NCBI GenBank assembly: GCA_041589455.1
Contig: JBFHVQ010000004.1
Coordinates: forward strand, 2,191 to 66,190
Length of the DNA: 64,000 bases
Origin: Gammaproteobacteria bacterium
GTDB taxonomy: Bacteria > Pseudomonadota > Gammaproteobacteria > SZUA-229
Reading direction: 5' to 3'
Positions 28,484-36,717 of the stretch are shown one piece after another; the first letter of the stretch is position 1; each line of letters opens with the position of its first letter. A program made the position numbers and the translations under genes. The notes below the pieces were generated by a model, which worked only from the letters and a program-made list of their open reading frames with translations, ran no database searches and had not been told where the DNA came from.

Positions 28484-28518
28484 AAAAAAGCCTCAGTCCA
28501 TTCAGGGGTGAGGCTTTT
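28484..28518 (-). terminator. Rho-independent terminator downstream of the YeeE/YedE gene (bidirectional shape)
   Basis: Stem agcctca/tgaggct. A6 on the plus-strand side gives the U-tract on the minus strand, about 75 nt after the stop at 28594. Confidence 0.65.
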
Positions 28519-28593
28519 AGTGTTTATTGGTAAAGTATTAAGTGGGTGGCGCAATGCCTTGTATGATGTCCCGGTTTTTTCTAGATCACTTGT

Positions 28594-29796
28594 CTAGTAG
28601 TTTTCCAGTTTTCTCATGCTTGATGGCAGAAGTTTAAAATCAACCAGAGAGCTTAATAGTGCTTTAATAAAGGTTGCATCTGATTCATGCACTAGCTTGT
28701 AGTACTGAATTTTCATGGTCAGTGCGCTGCCAAAAATAATTGATATCAGCACCATGAATGAGCCTAGTGAAAGCGTAGAAACACCAGTTACTCCCTGGCC
28801 AATAGTACAGCCCATTGCAAGAACGCCACCTATGCCCATTAGTACGGCACCAATTATATGTTGTGTGGCATCTTGAACAGATGAAAACCATTCAATACGG
28901 AAGCTGCCTGTAATGATTGAGTAAATGAATGACCCCACAATGACACCGGCTAATGCCGCTACACCAAAACTGATTAGGGACGTGTCAGTCGGTGACATGG
29001 CATAGAAAAAGGTTTCACCCATTGGGTTAATAAACGTGTAGGACTGTGAGGCAACACCAACTGGAATGACATCCATAAATTCTGCAGTTTCTTTCCACAC
29101 TTCACCCATAGGACCAGCGGTGAAATACCAGCCGGCAATAACAGCAAGGCCGATTACCGTACCACCGAGAATGTTATCGACGCTTTTTCTGAAGTCGGCC
29201 GATTTGAAAATAACAACCAACATGATCAGTGCGAGAATTGAGCCGATAAGAGTACGACTTTGTTCAACTTCGCTGCCAGTAATCGATGATGCAAGGGCAC
29301 CCAGGTCTTGTGCAGGGATGTCGCTTGAAGCTAGACTGATGGTGGTAGCGCTTACCCAGGGGTGGAACAGTACTTCATAGAATGATGTTTTGGTCATGAA
29401 GTAGGCAAACATACCGGCAATGAAAAGCACCACAATGGATTTGATGTTACCGCCACCAATACGGATCAGGGTTTTGTTACCGCAGCCAGAGGCCAGTGTC
29501 ATGCCGATACCGAACGTAGCGCCGCCAATGATATAGCGTAACCATGAAAAGCCTTCAGAGCGATAAGGAGGTAAAGATGAATCTACATTGGCGATTCCAA
29601 GGTATTCGATGCCAACAACGCCAATCAGGGCGACGGCGACGGCCAGCATCCAGGATCTAAGGCGGCCTGTGTCGCCCATATTAACCCAGTCTGATACAGC
29701 ACCCATGGTGCAAAAGTTCGTTTTATTGGCAATTGCACCCATTACGGCGGCAATACCAAAGCCAATTAACAAAATAGTCGTGGTGATTTCCATCAA
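28594..29796 (-). CDS. YeeE/YedE family sulfur-compound (thiosulfate-type) transporter
   Basis: 400 aa polytopic protein. Duplicated halves each have the conserved Cys loop (LASGCGNKTL; LAMGCTIGQG). Confidence 0.85.
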   Translation of the reverse strand: MMEITTTILLIGFGIAAVMGAIANKTNFCTMGAVSDWVNMGDTGRLRSWMLAVAVALIGVVGIEYLGIANVDSSLPPYRSEGFSWLRYIIGGATFGIGMTLASGCGNKTLIRIGGGNIKSIVVLFIAGMFAYFMTKTSFYEVLFHPWVSATTISLASSDIPAQDLGALASSITGSEVEQSRTLIGSILALIMLVVIFKSADFRKSVDNILGGTVIGLAVIAGWYFTAGPMGEVWKETAEFMDVIPVGVASQSYTFINPMGETFFYAMSPTDTSLISFGVAALAGVIVGSFIYSIITGSFRIEWFSSVQDATQHIIGAVLMGIGGVLAMGCTIGQGVTGVSTLSLGSFMVLISIIFGSALTMKIQYYKLVHESDATFIKALLSSLVDFKLLPSSMRKLENY

Positions 29797-30107
29797 TTTT
29801 CCTCTGTAACAACTGCGAACCTGCTGATGGCGACTGCATTTCCCCAGCCTATTGGCTGAGATTACCTTGCATAATGAATACTATAGTTATTATATAGTAC
29901 ATTAGGAGTGGCTGATCTACGTCAGCTCTGTCTTTGTGGCGCAGATAATACTCGGTTTAAGGGTTTCAATGCAAGTTCCCCCATTGTTTATAATGTAAAA
30001 ATGTCTGTATTCCGCCTGGCTTGGTAACGGTCGGCTATAGCGCTCTAAGATCAGGTGTCTTTTGATATGATGTGAACTTATTGAGTTGCGTGAGCAGAAG
30101 GGCAATT

Positions 30108-30887
30108 ATGCAAAAATTGATTGAAATTATGAAGGCATTAAGGGACCCGGAAAAAGGCTGCCCCTGGGATCAGAAGCAAAGTTTTGCCAGTATTGTGCCC
30201 TATACACTGGAAGAGGCCTATGAGGTTGCCGATGCTATCGAGCAAGGGGATATGCAGGAGTTAAAGTCTGAGCTGGGAGACCTGCTTTTCCAGGTGGTAT
30301 TTTATGCCGAAATGGCCAGTGAGCAGGGTGATTTTGACTTTCATGATGTGGTCGAGGGCATCAGTGGAAAGCTGATTCGGCGTCACCCTCATGTTTTTGA
30401 TAATGCGAAATACCAGGACGAGTCCAGTTTGCATGAGGCCTGGGAGGCATCTAAAGCCAGTGAAAGAGATCAGCAGGCAGAAGCTGAGAAAGCTCGCATA
30501 CTGGATGGTGTTGCAAAGGCTCTGCCTGCATTGAAGCGAGCACAAAAATTACAGAAACGAGCCGCCCGTGTCGGTTTTGACTGGCCAGATGTTGCGCCAG
30601 TTCTGGATAAAATTGAAGAAGAAATTGCTGAGCTAAGGCAGGCCATGCAGCAGAATAATCAGCAGGAAATTTTAATGGAGATGGGTGATCTATTTTTTAG
30701 TTGCGTCAACCTGTCACGTCATCTTCGAGTTGATGCTGAAGAGGCTTTGCGTGCCTGTAACCAGAAATTTGAAAACCGTTTTGGGTTTATTGAGGATGAA
30801 TTAAAGCAGCAGAAAAAGGCTTTTAAAGATTGCACCCTGAATGAACTGGAAGCATTGTGGCAACTATCAAAACAACAGGGTGAATAG
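30108..30887 (+). CDS. mazG: Nucleoside triphosphate pyrophosphohydrolase MazG
   Basis: LRDPEKGCPWDQKQSF...EEAYEVADAIE and a second EEIAEL...EMGDLFF repeat. Start set at the internal ATG (MQKLIEIM). Confidence 0.9.
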   Translation: MQKLIEIMKALRDPEKGCPWDQKQSFASIVPYTLEEAYEVADAIEQGDMQELKSELGDLLFQVVFYAEMASEQGDFDFHDVVEGISGKLIRRHPHVFDNAKYQDESSLHEAWEASKASERDQQAEAEKARILDGVAKALPALKRAQKLQKRAARVGFDWPDVAPVLDKIEEEIAELRQAMQQNNQQEILMEMGDLFFSCVNLSRHLRVDAEEALRACNQKFENRFGFIEDELKQQKKAFKDCTLNELEALWQLSKQQGE

Positions 30888-30945
30888 ATTTTTGGACAAT
30901 ATGTTTCCTCGCATATGATATTTAGCCGGAGAGTAGGAAGTCTGA

Positions 30946-33045
30946 TTACTCGATTTGCAGGTAAGCGTGGTATCGGTTACGAATATTTCTAACGTAATTA
31001 ACCGGCTCGCTCCCACGCACATATCCATATCGGGCCTGTTTTGCATATTTACGTTTTGCCAGAAGTAGCATGGCATTTTCCACATTATCAAACCAGCGGT
31101 TCGGGTTTAACCCCAGTTTTGCAGCAAGTCTGCGTGCATCTTTTACATGGCCTGCCCCCGCATTGTAGGCGGCGAGAGTGAACCACATACGATCTTTGAC
31201 GCTAAGCTCGGTTTCAAAACGCTTTCGTACCCAGTCCATATATTTTACACCAGCATGTATGCCGCTATCGGGCTTATGTAAATCCTCAATGCCGAGTTCT
31301 TTAGCGGTGCGAGGCATAACCTGCATCAGGCCTTTTGCGCCAGCCCAGGACTTTGCATCAGGGTCAAAGCGACTTTCCTGATACATTTGTGCAGTTAGCA
31401 GACGCCAGTCAAACTGATACTGGTCAGCATACCGCTTAATAATTTTATCGAAAGGCGAAAGTGTGCTGTTAGAATTGATATCAATTCGATGATCTCGATA
31501 TTCCTTAATCTTGTGAGGATTAAGGAAATATTTTTTATAGGTGATATTGTAAATAAGCGACTTATACTGTTGCTTTAGGAACTGATTAATCGCCGCCAGT
31601 AGTCTGGGATTTTCAGGGCGTACCGCCCATGCATGATGTTTTTCATCGGGTAATTCGTAGGCCGCCTGAATATCATCTCTCCAGGTCAGTTCAATATCCA
31701 GCAGGTGTTGGTCCGCTAGTGTCAGATCAAATTCACCGCTGGCTACTTTTGCAATGATTTCTTCCGTTTCCATGTCTTCTGCAACGGTAACCAGCTTGAA
31801 TGTATAACCCTGTTGTTGCAGTGTTTTTAATGTGTCCCAATAGGCGCTTGATTGTCGAACATATATGCTGCGACCATTTAACTGGTTCAGATTTTCGAAG
31901 AGTTTCTCAGCCGAGCGACTGATAATAACTTCAGGGGCCTTGTGATAAAAACGTGAAAAAGTGACGCCCTGCTGTTTTCTTCTTTCAGTTACTGACATAA
32001 AGCTGGCGATAATATCGCCTTTACCTTCCAGTAACATAGGGATTTGTGCGTCATGAGAAGGCGCGGCAATGATTTCAATTCGAAGTCCGTGCTGTTTGGC
32101 AAAGACTTTAATGAGTTCGTATTCAAAACCCAGTAATTCTCCTTTCCAGAGAAAATAGGAAGCTGCATTGTTGCGTGTGATGACGCGCAGTGTTTTGCGT
32201 TTGATGATCTGTTCAAGGTCACCTTTTTCAAGACTGTGTTTTCGCAGGCTTAACTGATGGCTGTTAAGAAACTGGTTTGCCGCCTTGAGTAGTTGAGGGT
32301 TATCAGGTCGCATGGCCCAGGCAATACCTCTTTCGCCTGTGAGTGTCGGGCCGCTTTTGAAATCATCTCTATACGCTTCAAGTATGTTGATTCGGTTGCT
32401 GTCGAGAATGGTCAGATCGATTTGCTGCTTGTTGAGTAAGTCCAGAATTTGGTCTTCCGTGAGTTCACCTGGCAGGATTTGTGTCTGTATGTTTTTATAG
32501 TTCTGGCGAAGCTGGTTAATGGTTTCTTCGAATGAAGAGCTTGCCTGATAGGCGATGCGCCGTCCGGGGAGGTCCTGAAGTTGCGATAGCGTATCGCTTT
32601 TGCGAAGTACCAGGGTTTCTCGACTGTGTGCAAGTGGCACACTAAATGCCAGTTGCTTTTTGCGCGCTGGCGTAATCGTTAGATTGCTGGAAATCAGATC
32701 CCCTTTGCCAGTAATAAGAGCTGGTATCAGGTCTTCAAACTTTTCCACGGAGACTAACACCGCTTCCAGATCTAGTTCATTGGCAAAAGCAGTAGCGAGT
32801 TCAAGTTCTTCATAAAACGAAGGACCATTTCTGGGTAGCCATTGTTGATCAAGAGGTGTAGTTAAAATACGCAGTTCTTTATGCTGTTTAATTGTAACCA
32901 GGTCACCCTGATGAATATATTGATTGTCAGAGTGAACTGTCGTTTTAGGTAACTGTGATACAGATTCCGTTGAGTCGCTACAGGCTGCTAAAAATAGCAG
33001 GTAGATAATGATAGCAAAGGCGTGTTTACAGGCAGTAAAAAACAT
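30946..33045 (-). CDS. MltF-like membrane-bound lytic murein transglycosylase with two tandem periplasmic substrate-binding-like modules (lipoprotein)
   Basis: Lipobox LFLAAC. Two SBP_bac_3-like modules (LRILTT...GKGDLISSNLTIT and LRVITR...GKGDIIASFMSVT). C-terminal SLT domain with the catalytic-Glu context AQMYQESRFDPDAKSWAGAKGLMQVMP. 699 aa. Confidence 0.8.
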   Translation of the reverse strand: MFFTACKHAFAIIIYLLFLAACSDSTESVSQLPKTTVHSDNQYIHQGDLVTIKQHKELRILTTPLDQQWLPRNGPSFYEELELATAFANELDLEAVLVSVEKFEDLIPALITGKGDLISSNLTITPARKKQLAFSVPLAHSRETLVLRKSDTLSQLQDLPGRRIAYQASSSFEETINQLRQNYKNIQTQILPGELTEDQILDLLNKQQIDLTILDSNRINILEAYRDDFKSGPTLTGERGIAWAMRPDNPQLLKAANQFLNSHQLSLRKHSLEKGDLEQIIKRKTLRVITRNNAASYFLWKGELLGFEYELIKVFAKQHGLRIEIIAAPSHDAQIPMLLEGKGDIIASFMSVTERRKQQGVTFSRFYHKAPEVIISRSAEKLFENLNQLNGRSIYVRQSSAYWDTLKTLQQQGYTFKLVTVAEDMETEEIIAKVASGEFDLTLADQHLLDIELTWRDDIQAAYELPDEKHHAWAVRPENPRLLAAINQFLKQQYKSLIYNITYKKYFLNPHKIKEYRDHRIDINSNSTLSPFDKIIKRYADQYQFDWRLLTAQMYQESRFDPDAKSWAGAKGLMQVMPRTAKELGIEDLHKPDSGIHAGVKYMDWVRKRFETELSVKDRMWFTLAAYNAGAGHVKDARRLAAKLGLNPNRWFDNVENAMLLLAKRKYAKQARYGYVRGSEPVNYVRNIRNRYHAYLQIE

Positions 33046-33165
33046 TTATGATTCGCTCAACTTGGATGTTGTCAAGCATAGCGTAAGGCTGGACTGGGGT
33101 ACAGGTATCTGCATGCCGAGCTAGAGGTATTAGGCATAGTCAATGGCTTTGATTATAATGGCGCC

Positions 33166-34875
33166 ATGTATCAGGAATATTTCGGATTATTGGAGCAGCC
33201 ATTTTCAATTGCACCAGATCCTCGCTATCTATATATGAGTGAACGCCACCGAGAGGCTCTGGCGCATCTATTGTATGGGCTGGATTCGGATGGGGCATTT
33301 ATACTGCTGAGTGGAGATGTTGGAACGGGCAAAACCACGGTCAGTCGCTGCCTGCTAGATCAGGTGCCCGAACAGACTAATCTGGCGCTGGTGCTTAATC
33401 CGAAACTTAGTTCAATGGAACTATTGCAGGTAATATGCGACGAGCTTGGTATAAGCTATGAAAGCCATCAGATTAACTGTAAGAACCTGGTTGACCTGAT
33501 TAATCGCTACTTGCTGGAAATGCATGCCAGCGGCAAAAAAACGGTTGTGCTGATAGAAGAATCACAAAACCTGCAGCTGGATGTGCTTGAACAATTGCGT
33601 TTGCTGACTAATCTGGAAACAAATGAACGTAAGCTGCTACAGGTGATTCTGTTAGGGCAGCCAGAGCTGCTGGAAATTCTGGATCGACCGGAACTTTCGC
33701 AATTAGCTCAGCGAATTACCGCACGTTTTCACCTTTCGCCACTCAATCAAAAAGAAGTATCAGAATATATTGCGCACCGTCTTGCGGTGGCGGGCTGTCG
33801 TCGCCCCCTGTTTAGTGCTGGGGTGAGCCGCTTGATTTATCGATACAGTAAAGGTGTGCCCAGATTAATTAACGTTATCTGTGATCGAGCCCTGTTAGGC
33901 TGCTTTGTGCAGAATCAGCATCAAGTGACGCCAAAGATCGTTCGTCAGGCGGCGACCGAGGTGTTAGGAGAAAACCGTGCTGATCAGATAACCCATGGTG
34001 TGCTCAAGAGGCGTCTGTGGCAAATCATGGCAGCTGCTGTATTGTTGATTTCGGTATTTGCTTTGGGTATGTATTTTTCTCCGCAGTCTGCTTCAAAACA
34101 CCCCTTCTTGGTTGAGCTGCATAACAGTCTGCTTAATCCGGTACCGCAGAGTGATTCTATAAAACCGATTGAAGAGGTAATGCCTGATGAAATCGACGAG
34201 CCTGTGGTGCTTGAAGGAAAACCTTTGTTAGAGATGGTTTCAAGCGAGGAAATTATCTGGACAGCAGAAGATTCACTGAGGCTGAGAAGTAATCTACTGT
34301 CATACCAGGCACTATTTGCACAATGGGGTCTTAAATATCAACAGGTAGATGGTACGCCCTGTTTTTATGCGCAAACTCAGGGACTGGCCTGCCATCATGA
34401 ACGTACAGACCTGAATGGGCTGCGCAATATTAATCGACCAGTGATTCTCAAATTATATGACGATTATAATCAGCCGCAGTATGTCGCTTTGCTGAGTATG
34501 GATAATGACTTTGCAGAACTTGATGTTGTTGGTCGCCGGCAAAATGTTTCCTTGGCGCAGTTGAAGTCATCCTGGCGAGGCGAGTTATCCATGCTGTGGC
34601 GGCCACCAGCAGGTTATTCAGAGTTGGTTAAGCCAGGTAGTGAGGGGCCATTTATTATCTGGCTAAGCAAGACGATGAATCGCATTAATAATACACCACA
34701 GCTTGCAATCAGCAGTTATTATCGTGGTGATCTGGTGAAAAGGGTCAAGCAGTTCCAGTTAAGTCGGGGCCTGATAGATGATGGTGTGGTGGGCGTGCGA
34801 ACACTAATTGAAATTAACCGTGCGCTGGGACTGGAATCGACAGTCGATGAACCCGCGCTGGAAAAGGGTTCCTGA
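33166..34875 (+). CDS. exeA: ExeA/GspA-type AAA ATPase with C-terminal peptidoglycan-binding domain
   Basis: Walker A GDVGTGKT and Walker B VVLIEESQ, one TM segment (about aa 285-305), and C-terminal PG_binding_1-like VKQFQLSRGLIDDGVVGVRTLIEI. Confidence 0.8.
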   Translation: MYQEYFGLLEQPFSIAPDPRYLYMSERHREALAHLLYGLDSDGAFILLSGDVGTGKTTVSRCLLDQVPEQTNLALVLNPKLSSMELLQVICDELGISYESHQINCKNLVDLINRYLLEMHASGKKTVVLIEESQNLQLDVLEQLRLLTNLETNERKLLQVILLGQPELLEILDRPELSQLAQRITARFHLSPLNQKEVSEYIAHRLAVAGCRRPLFSAGVSRLIYRYSKGVPRLINVICDRALLGCFVQNQHQVTPKIVRQAATEVLGENRADQITHGVLKRRLWQIMAAAVLLISVFALGMYFSPQSASKHPFLVELHNSLLNPVPQSDSIKPIEEVMPDEIDEPVVLEGKPLLEMVSSEEIIWTAEDSLRLRSNLLSYQALFAQWGLKYQQVDGTPCFYAQTQGLACHHERTDLNGLRNINRPVILKLYDDYNQPQYVALLSMDNDFAELDVVGRRQNVSLAQLKSSWRGELSMLWRPPAGYSELVKPGSEGPFIIWLSKTMNRINNTPQLAISSYYRGDLVKRVKQFQLSRGLIDDGVVGVRTLIEINRALGLESTVDEPALEKGS

Positions 34876-35549
34876 TGTCATATATTCTCGAAGCATTAAA
34901 GAAATCTGACCAGGAGCGAAAGCGCGGTGATGTGCCCGGGCTACAAACAGTGCATATTCCCCTTGCAGTGGAATCAAAATCTCATCGCTTGCTGTATGTT
35001 TTTATCGCCGTGCTTTTACTTGCCCTGGCCTTTGTGCTGGGTTTACTGTTGTCTGGTAACAATGAGCAGCTAGCGACTGAGGTCATTCAATATGATGAAG
35101 AGAAAAGTGATGTGTCGCGCTCAATGCCATTGCATCAGCCAGCTAATAAAGAGTCATTATCTGAACAGACAGTATTAAAAACAGCGCAGGTGATAGCAAA
35201 TCCTGGGCTTCCGGTAAAAGAAACCTCTCCATCAGTCGCTTTATCTGAGTCGGCAGAAAATGTCGGCAAGGTAATCCATAGTCAGCTGCATGATGAAATG
35301 GATATTCCCTATCTGCATGAATTACCTGAGCATATACAGCAGGCAGTTCCACATATGGGGTTTGCAGGACATGTCTTTTCGTCGACTCCTTCAAACCGTT
35401 CAGTCATAATTAATGGAGCTTCAATGTCAGAGGGCGATACAATTATTGCTGGACTGGCCGTTGAACAGATTACTGCTTCTGGCGTGATTTTTAAGCGCAA
35501 TGGCGAGCTCTTTAGAGTTGATATATTGCAAGACTGGTCTTTTGACTGA
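34875..35549 (+). CDS. exeB: ExeB/GspB-type general secretion pathway protein B
   Basis: MSYILEALKKSDQER start, a single TM, and a C-terminal VIINGASMSEGDTI..GLAVEQIT..GVIFKRNG motif. The start overlaps the exeA stop. Confidence 0.65.
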   Translation: MSYILEALKKSDQERKRGDVPGLQTVHIPLAVESKSHRLLYVFIAVLLLALAFVLGLLLSGNNEQLATEVIQYDEEKSDVSRSMPLHQPANKESLSEQTVLKTAQVIANPGLPVKETSPSVALSESAENVGKVIHSQLHDEMDIPYLHELPEHIQQAVPHMGFAGHVFSSTPSNRSVIINGASMSEGDTIIAGLAVEQITASGVIFKRNGELFRVDILQDWSFD

Positions 35550-35678
35550 TCCTGTGAAGCGCTAAGTTATTCTTTTTTTTAGTTTATTTTTTCTGAAAAT
35601 AGTCTAATCTACAGTGAAAGGCGTCATTGAGAACGCCTTATCATAATTCATTGTTTGATTAGGCTTGTGGACAGTTAC

Positions 35679-36038
35679 ATGGCAAAAATACTTGTAGTCG
35701 ATGACTCTCAAACCCAGGTGCAGGGCATCATAAAAATTTTAACAAAACATGGCCACCAGACCATATCGGCTGAGGATGGCGATGCGGCGGTGAGCGTTGC
35801 CAGAGCTGAGATGCCAGATCTGATATTAATGGATGTGGTAATGCCAGGCCTGAATGGTTTTCAGGCGACACGGCATATCACTAAAAATGAAGGCACCCAA
35901 CATATTCCCGTTATTATGCTGAGCAGTAAAGATCAAGAAACAGATAAGGTCTGGGCTGAGCGACAGGGAGCAAGTGGTTATCTGATCAAGCCAGCGTCTG
36001 AAGAAGACCTAATGGCAGCTATTAATAAATTAATTTAA
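35679..36038 (+). CDS. Stand-alone CheY-like response regulator receiver protein
   Basis: KILVVDDS...DLILMDVVMPGLNG...SSKD...GYLIKP. Start set at the ATG (MAKILVVDD). Confidence 0.85.
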   Translation: MAKILVVDDSQTQVQGIIKILTKHGHQTISAEDGDAAVSVARAEMPDLILMDVVMPGLNGFQATRHITKNEGTQHIPVIMLSSKDQETDKVWAERQGASGYLIKPASEEDLMAAINKLI

Positions 36039-36090
36039 GTTTTTACCGGCAGTGATGCTGGTTTGTTGAGTTGTAGAGCAGGGGATTAGA

Positions 36091-36687
36091 ATGTCTACCG
36101 GAACGATGATTACACTGGGCATAATTGCCGCACTTATTTTTTACCTGATCGTTATTTACAACAGCCTGGTTGCTTATCGTAATAAATTTAAGAATGGTTT
36201 TGCCAATATCGATAACCAGTTGCAGCTGCGTTATGACCTGATTCCCAACCTGGTTGAAACTGCACAGGCTTACATGAGCCATGAGAAGGAAACCCTGACA
36301 CGGGTTATTGAAGCGCGTAACAAAGCATCATCGGCGTCGAAAGAAGCAGCAATACATCCTGAAGATGCAGCAGCCATGAAAAAACTGGTGGCAGCGGAGA
36401 CTGCATTATCAGGGTCAATGCTTCAGTTTTTTGCATTAACTGAAAACTATCCGGATATTAAAGCCAATCAGACGATGGAAAAACTGATGGAAGAGCTTTC
36501 AACAACGGAAAATAAAGTTGCTTTCGCCAGGCAGCGTTATAATGATGATGTCATGCAATACAATACCTACAGAGAACAGTTCCCTAATTTTCTGGTTGCC
36601 AATAACGCAGGTTTTAAAGAAGCTGCATTATTTGAAATTGAAAACGAGGAATATAAAAAGCCCGTCAAAGTCAGTTTTAATAATTAG
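36091..36687 (+). CDS. LemA family protein
   Basis: N-terminal TM then YNSLV..RN....FANIDNQLQLRYDLIPNLVETA..Y..HEKETL, the canonical LemA pattern. Confidence 0.9.
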   Translation: MSTGTMITLGIIAALIFYLIVIYNSLVAYRNKFKNGFANIDNQLQLRYDLIPNLVETAQAYMSHEKETLTRVIEARNKASSASKEAAIHPEDAAAMKKLVAAETALSGSMLQFFALTENYPDIKANQTMEKLMEELSTTENKVAFARQRYNDDVMQYNTYREQFPNFLVANNAGFKEAALFEIENEEYKKPVKVSFNN

Positions 36688-36717
36688 TTTTGACGAGTCT
36701 GGTCACAGATACTCTCC

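Noticed and set aside
29797-30107. Leader upstream of the YeeE/YedE gene (minus strand), checked for SAM, TPP or other sulfur-related riboswitch cores
   Set aside because: Only a small hairpin (cagcc-aatag-gctg) is present. No recognisable conserved riboswitch core or expression platform was found.
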